Assembly: GCA_965223345.1 (NCBI GenBank)
Contig: CBDCWG010000012.1
Coordinates: forward strand, 672,001-736,000
Origin: Nitrospinales bacterium
Lineage (GTDB): Bacteria; Nitrospinota; Nitrospinia; Nitrospinales; VA-1
Direction of reading: 5' to 3'
DNA: 64,000 nt
Numbering within the stretch: the first letter of the stretch is position 1; each line of letters starts with the position of its first letter. The notes beneath the pieces are model-generated. The model saw nothing but the letters and a program-made list of their open reading frames with translations. It did not search any database and was not told the origin of the DNA. The position numbers were made by a program, and so were the translations under genes. This document shows, piece after piece, positions 59,983-64,000 of the stretch.

Positions 59983-61185
59983 TTGACCGACCGGACTCAA
60001 CTTCAATCGTCGGGATACATGCCGCACCTGGATGCCTTGCGGGCGTTTGCGGTGATCGCGGTTTTGATCCATCATTTTTCTCCCAACGACTTTTCCGAAA
60101 AATTTCAGCTCGGCCATTCGGGGGTGCAGCTGTTTTTTGTGCTGAGCGGTTTTCTCATCACCGGCATCCTGCTCAAAGATCGGGAGCGATCTTCCTCGAC
60201 CCGACGAAGCGGCGGGGCCGTTCTCGGGTCTTTTTACTGCCGCCGGTTTCTGCGGATTTTTCCCGCCTACTACATCGCGCTGGTGATCGCGTGGATCGCT
60301 GGAAACAGCGAAGTGCGGCAGGATTTACTCTGGCATGCGACCTACAGTTCCAATTTTCTGATCGCCGACCGCGGCGATTGGGGACTTTCCACCAGCCATT
60401 TCTGGACCCTGGCCGTGGAGCAGCAGTTTTACCTGTTCTGGCCGCTGTGCATTCTTTTTATCCGCAAGAGTTTCATCCTCCCCCTGATCGTCGCGATGAT
60501 CTTTTGCGGGCCGTTGTTTCGCCTGTCGGGTTACGAGTGGTTGGGGTTGCCGGACATCGCCATATTCACGCTGCCTTTTTCCTCCTGGGACAGTTTGGGG
60601 ATGGGGGCGTTTCTGGCCTGGGTGCAGCACAAGCCGAGGCTCCGTGAAACCGTGATGAAAGTGGGCTTCTGGATGTTCGTCTTCTCTGCGGTCTGGATGG
60701 GGCTGGAATTGAAACAGTATTTTCTGCAGGCGGACGTCGTGTGGATGGAGGGAGTGCGGGCGGCGGGCTTCTGCTGGCTTGTCGGCCGCGCGGCACAGGG
60801 AATGGGTCGTTTTACAGGACGCTGGTTCAAGACCCGACCCCTGGTTTATCTGGGCAAGATCAGCTACGGCGTGTATGTCTACCATCTTTTCACACCGTTG
60901 ATGTTGCGCGCCGTTTTCGATTTCTGGGGATGGTCTTATCCGGACAACCCGGCTTTGGCATTCAGCCTGTGCTTTCTCACCACGCTGGCCTTCGCCGTGC
61001 TCTCCTGGCACTGGATGGAAAAACCGATCCTATCCCTGAAATCGAGAATAAACGCGCTCGATCTGCGCTCATTGCGCAAGCCGGATTCCAGCGGCGCCGT
61101 CGCATCCGTTCCGCAAACCGGGCCGGTGTTTTCCATGGCGGCGGCCCCTTTCAAATTCAAAACCACACACACAGAGCCGGGATGA
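59983..61185 (+). CDS. Acyltransferase 3 family O-acyltransferase
   Basis: LDALRAFAV, GVQLFFVLSGFLIT, RRFLRIFPAYY, HFWTLAVEQQFYLFWP and GKISYGVYVYH motifs. Confidence 0.93.
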   Translation: MTDRTQLQSSGYMPHLDALRAFAVIAVLIHHFSPNDFSEKFQLGHSGVQLFFVLSGFLITGILLKDRERSSSTRRSGGAVLGSFYCRRFLRIFPAYYIALVIAWIAGNSEVRQDLLWHATYSSNFLIADRGDWGLSTSHFWTLAVEQQFYLFWPLCILFIRKSFILPLIVAMIFCGPLFRLSGYEWLGLPDIAIFTLPFSSWDSLGMGAFLAWVQHKPRLRETVMKVGFWMFVFSAVWMGLELKQYFLQADVVWMEGVRAAGFCWLVGRAAQGMGRFTGRWFKTRPLVYLGKISYGVYVYHLFTPLMLRAVFDFWGWSYPDNPALAFSLCFLTTLAFAVLSWHWMEKPILSLKSRINALDLRSLRKPDSSGAVASVPQTGPVFSMAAAPFKFKTTHTEPG

Positions 61186-61186
61186 T

Positions 61187-62218
61187 TCACCAGCGGTAGG
61201 AGAGGTTGAACGAGCCGAAATTGTCCTCCTGCGGCTGGCCGTCAAATTCCTTGGTGCGGAAGATGTTGGTGAATCCCAGACGGAAATTGCGAAAAAGGGT
61301 CACGACGATCCCCACCTGAAGGTCGCCGACGAGGGTTTTTTTATCGACGCTGTGGCTGTCCGCGAACGTGTTGCCGTCGAGGAAGATGTTTCTGCCCACG
61401 GCCCGGCCTTCCACGCCGGCGAACAGATACCAGGTGAATTTGTTTGTGGGCTTGAAGAAACCGGAGCCGGACAGGCCCGGCCGGATCCTCGGCGGGCCGT
61501 AGTCGTTGGGCAGATCGTTGCCGATGCGGACCGTGACCCCCGTCGCAAAATACGTGTACACGTTTCCCAGCGCGAACCCGGCATGCGGCGTGAGATCGGC
61601 GTGCGTGGTCCATTTTTCTTCCTTGGGGCGGATCGGCCACTTGCGTTCGTAAAACAGCACGATGCCCGGCTCGTTTTCCAGCTGGTTGTCCCACCCCTTG
61701 GGCAGGTTGGAACTGATGAGGCGGTGCCACTGCGTCTGCACCTGTTCGGCGAGGGAAGCCGGACCCACCACCCCCAGGTTCAGTTCCAGGTTTTCCATGA
61801 AAGGCCGCCGCTCGCCGCCCCCTTCCGAGACGAACCCGGCTCCCAAATACAGCCATCCGGCATAGGGCCGGTCGTTCTCGATCAACTGTTCCTGCTCGAT
61901 GTCTTCGGGCGTGAATATGTTCTGCCCAAGGATGAAACTGACGCGGCGGGTTTTGGGAATGAGAAAATCCGGTATCGCTGCCAGGACCGTGGATTTTATT
62001 TCTTTTTCGAGATGGGTGGGCTTTTCCGCAGACAGGTAGGAGATCCGGGAGCCGTGGGTGTAATGGCGGTCCGAACCCCTTCCGAACAGATCGTTTTCAA
62101 ACTGCACATTGATGTATTGGCCCAGATCGTATTTGCTGGGTTCGCCTTCATCCTCCGCTGCAAGAAGGGCAGGGAACAGGATGCAGAAGCAGAGCGCACC
62201 AGCCAAGAGCCGCAACAT
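61187..62218 (-). CDS. lpxR: Lipid A 3'-O-deacylase LpxR family outer-membrane beta-barrel (DUF2219)
   Basis: Signal peptide; FENDLF..DRHYTHG, GQNIFTP, DRPYAGWLY, GWDNQL and RNIFLDGN motifs; C-terminal aromatic (YRW). Confidence 0.88.
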   Translation of the reverse strand: MLRLLAGALCFCILFPALLAAEDEGEPSKYDLGQYINVQFENDLFGRGSDRHYTHGSRISYLSAEKPTHLEKEIKSTVLAAIPDFLIPKTRRVSFILGQNIFTPEDIEQEQLIENDRPYAGWLYLGAGFVSEGGGERRPFMENLELNLGVVGPASLAEQVQTQWHRLISSNLPKGWDNQLENEPGIVLFYERKWPIRPKEEKWTTHADLTPHAGFALGNVYTYFATGVTVRIGNDLPNDYGPPRIRPGLSGSGFFKPTNKFTWYLFAGVEGRAVGRNIFLDGNTFADSHSVDKKTLVGDLQVGIVVTLFRNFRLGFTNIFRTKEFDGQPQEDNFGSFNLSYRW

Positions 62219-62252
62219 GGGTGTTCCAGTCTCCAGAGAAATGAGGAGGGAA

Positions 62253-62336
62253 TGCCGGAGGACGGACTCGAACCGTCACGGGGTTGCCCCCACTGGATTT
62301 TGAGTCCAGCGCGTCTACCAATTCCACCACTCCGGC
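62253..62336 (-). tRNA. tRNA-Leu (anticodon CAA)
   Basis: Minus strand GCCGGAG...CTGGA-CTCAAAA-TCCAG...GTTCGAGTCC...CTCCGGCA; long variable arm. Confidence 0.96.
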
Positions 62337-62402
62337 ATTTGAGCGGCCTAAGTTATCACAGGGAAAGGCTCATTTCAATTGGCAGTGACGCCCGATTCCT
62401 TT

Positions 62403-64000
62403 TCACGAGGGGCCGTTTGGCGGCGGGGTCCGGGCGATGAGCTGGCGGATCTGCTCGGCCTGGGGCTGGTGCGGGTCCAGATTGAGGGCGCGGGAGAAAT
62501 ACAGGCGTCCCAGTTCGGGCTTGCCGAGATGGAAATAGTTCAACACGCCGAGGTTGCGCATGGCGGCGGTGTAATTGGGGTTGAGCTCGATGGCGGTCTG
62601 GTAATGCCGGGCTGCCTGTTCGTGCTGTCCCAGGTTTTGCCTGAGTTCTCCCAGTTTTCCGTGCACTTCCGGGATCTCGGGTTTGATTTGTTTGGCATGC
62701 GTGAGAAGCCGCAACGCGTCCTCAAGCTTCCCCCGGGCGAACTGCAACTCACCGAGGTTGTAGTTGGAAATGAAGATGTTCGGGGCTTTCTGCAGCGATT
62801 CTTCATACAGTTGAACGGCTCGTTCGGTGTCCCCTGCGAGCTGGTGCGCGCGCGCGAGGTTGATGAGAGGACGCACGAGCTGCGCCGATTTTTTTTGCGT
62901 GTCTTCCCACAGGGTCTGCTCGCTCCTCCAATCGAGGTTTCTGTGCATCGTCATGAGGCTTGAGCAACTCAACACGACGAAGGCCAGGACCCCGGCTGTC
63001 CGGACATTGAGCGGCTGCGTTTTCAAGGGAAAAACGCGAATGGCCTTCACGCCGATCAGGAGAACGGCGAGGATGATCCCGTAGGCGGCGAGGTACACGC
63101 GGTGCTCGGCGGCGAGATCGTGCAGGGTGACGATGGAGGAGGAGGGCGACAGAATGATCACAAACCAGCCGAGACAAAAAAGGTAAATGCACGATGCGGC
63201 CTTGCGGATCGCCAAATAGAGGATTCCCGCCATCACGCAAAGCGCCGATAGCAGGGGCAGTGAAAAAAAGCGCGTGATCACCGGAATGTCGGGATCGATG
63301 TTCAGGTTGACCGGGAACAGCAGCAGCTTGAGGTAGTAATACACCAGCACCACCGGCTGGGTCTGCATGTAGTTTTTTCTTCCCACCATTTGATGCGGAT
63401 CGACCGGGCCGATCAAGAACGTCTCGTCGGAGAGCAGCTTGCGCAGAAGCAGGAGTCCGGCTGCAAGCCCGATTGCGGCGAGCGGCCATCGCCAGCGTTG
63501 CAAAAACAGGAGCGCCGGTGCGTTTGCAGGCGAGATGCAAAGCCAGTACAAAAGCAGCACCGCGGGCAGGGTGATGACGGTCTGTTTGACGCCGAAACCC
63601 AGGACAAACAGCAAGGCGATCCCCGTACCCCAAAGCAGGAATGAGGATGGTTTTTTCTTGTCGGAATCCAGATAAATCAGAAAGCCATAAAAAGCCAGCA
63701 GGTAAAAGGTGGCGGCGAGTATTTCAGAGCGGCTCATGATGTAGAGAACCGATTCGGTCTGGATGGGATGGCTCAGAAACAACAGACCCGCCAGTAAGGC
63801 AAGCCCAACGCCTTGCCCTGCCTCCGGTATCCTGCTGGTTGCAAACTGCCGCAGGATTTTTTCGCTGATCAGGAATATCAGGATGGCGTTGACGATGTGA
63901 AGCAGGAGGTTGAGCAGGTGGTAGCCGAATGGATTTTGGTTGCCCAGCAGCGCGTTGACGGCGAGAGACATCTGCAGCAGGCTGCGGGAAAAGTACTGCT
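62403..64000 (-). CDS. TMTC-like membrane glycosyltransferase (GT-C, DUF1736-like) with C-terminal TPRs, 5' end outside window
   Basis: GYHLLNLLLHIVN, HPIQTESVLYIMSRSE, YYLKLLLFP, AEHRVYL and RNLDWRSEQTLW motifs, then TPR repeats. Confidence 0.85.
   Translation of the reverse strand, partial: QYFSRSLLQMSLAVNALLGNQNPFGYHLLNLLLHIVNAILIFLISEKILRQFATSRIPEAGQGVGLALLAGLLFLSHPIQTESVLYIMSRSEILAATFYLLAFYGFLIYLDSDKKKPSSFLLWGTGIALLFVLGFGVKQTVITLPAVLLLYWLCISPANAPALLFLQRWRWPLAAIGLAAGLLLLRKLLSDETFLIGPVDPHQMVGRKNYMQTQPVVLVYYYLKLLLFPVNLNIDPDIPVITRFFSLPLLSALCVMAGILYLAIRKAASCIYLFCLGWFVIILSPSSSIVTLHDLAAEHRVYLAAYGIILAVLLIGVKAIRVFPLKTQPLNVRTAGVLAFVVLSCSSLMTMHRNLDWRSEQTLWEDTQKKSAQLVRPLINLARAHQLAGDTERAVQLYEESLQKAPNIFISNYNLGELQFARGKLEDALRLLTHAKQIKPEIPEVHGKLGELRQNLGQHEQAARHYQTAIELNPNYTAAMRNLGVLNYFHLGKPELGRLYFSRALNLDPHQPQAEQIRQLIARTPPPNGPS

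Noticed and set aside
53400..62336. Genomic island integrated at the tRNA-Leu 3' end
   Set aside because: No integrase and no duplicated tRNA 3' end (att repeat) found.

Overview
Bacterial chromosome window spanning the probable replication origin. Gene order and content look deltaproteobacteria-like or Nitrospinota-like, but taxonomy cannot be confirmed from sequence alone. Positions 1-6.8 kb (minus strand) hold a phage late operon directly divergent from dnaA. It runs M15 endolysin, holin-like protein, overlapped Rz/Rz1-like spanins, Mu-type terminase pair, HK97 portal, a truncated prohead protease fused in frame to lectin/LamG-like domains, and a signal-peptide-bearing beta-helix protein. 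No integrase or early genes lie between it and dnaA. Next come dnaA, an oriC-like spacer (DnaA box + GGCCC + DnaA-trio-like triplets), gyrB and gyrA (no dnaN or recF), a TPR lipoprotein and serS. After serS lie all four tRNA-Ser isoacceptors, tRNA-Arg(GCG), a degenerate tRNA-like element, SRP RNA, dnaX-ybaB-recR and tRNA-Asn. The 21-34 kb region has Gly-zipper/His-rich secreted proteins, a nuclease, a U32-family protein, hpnH and an unannotated locus of four paralogous Ser/Thr-rich secreted proteins (an A-B pair, duplicated) around a TPR lipoprotein. That locus is the best candidate for an undescribed system. Further right are a type IV pilus cluster (PilF-like, RodZ, PilT, PilT/PilU, PilC, PilS-like), fliK-flgD-flgE-maf under a sigma54 promoter, and pentapeptide-repeat proteins. 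The window ends with a GH-A/GT2-ABC-GT-deacetylase-acyltransferase glycan operon preceded by a CRP-type palindrome, lpxR, tRNA-Leu and a partial TMTC-like GT-C/TPR gene.
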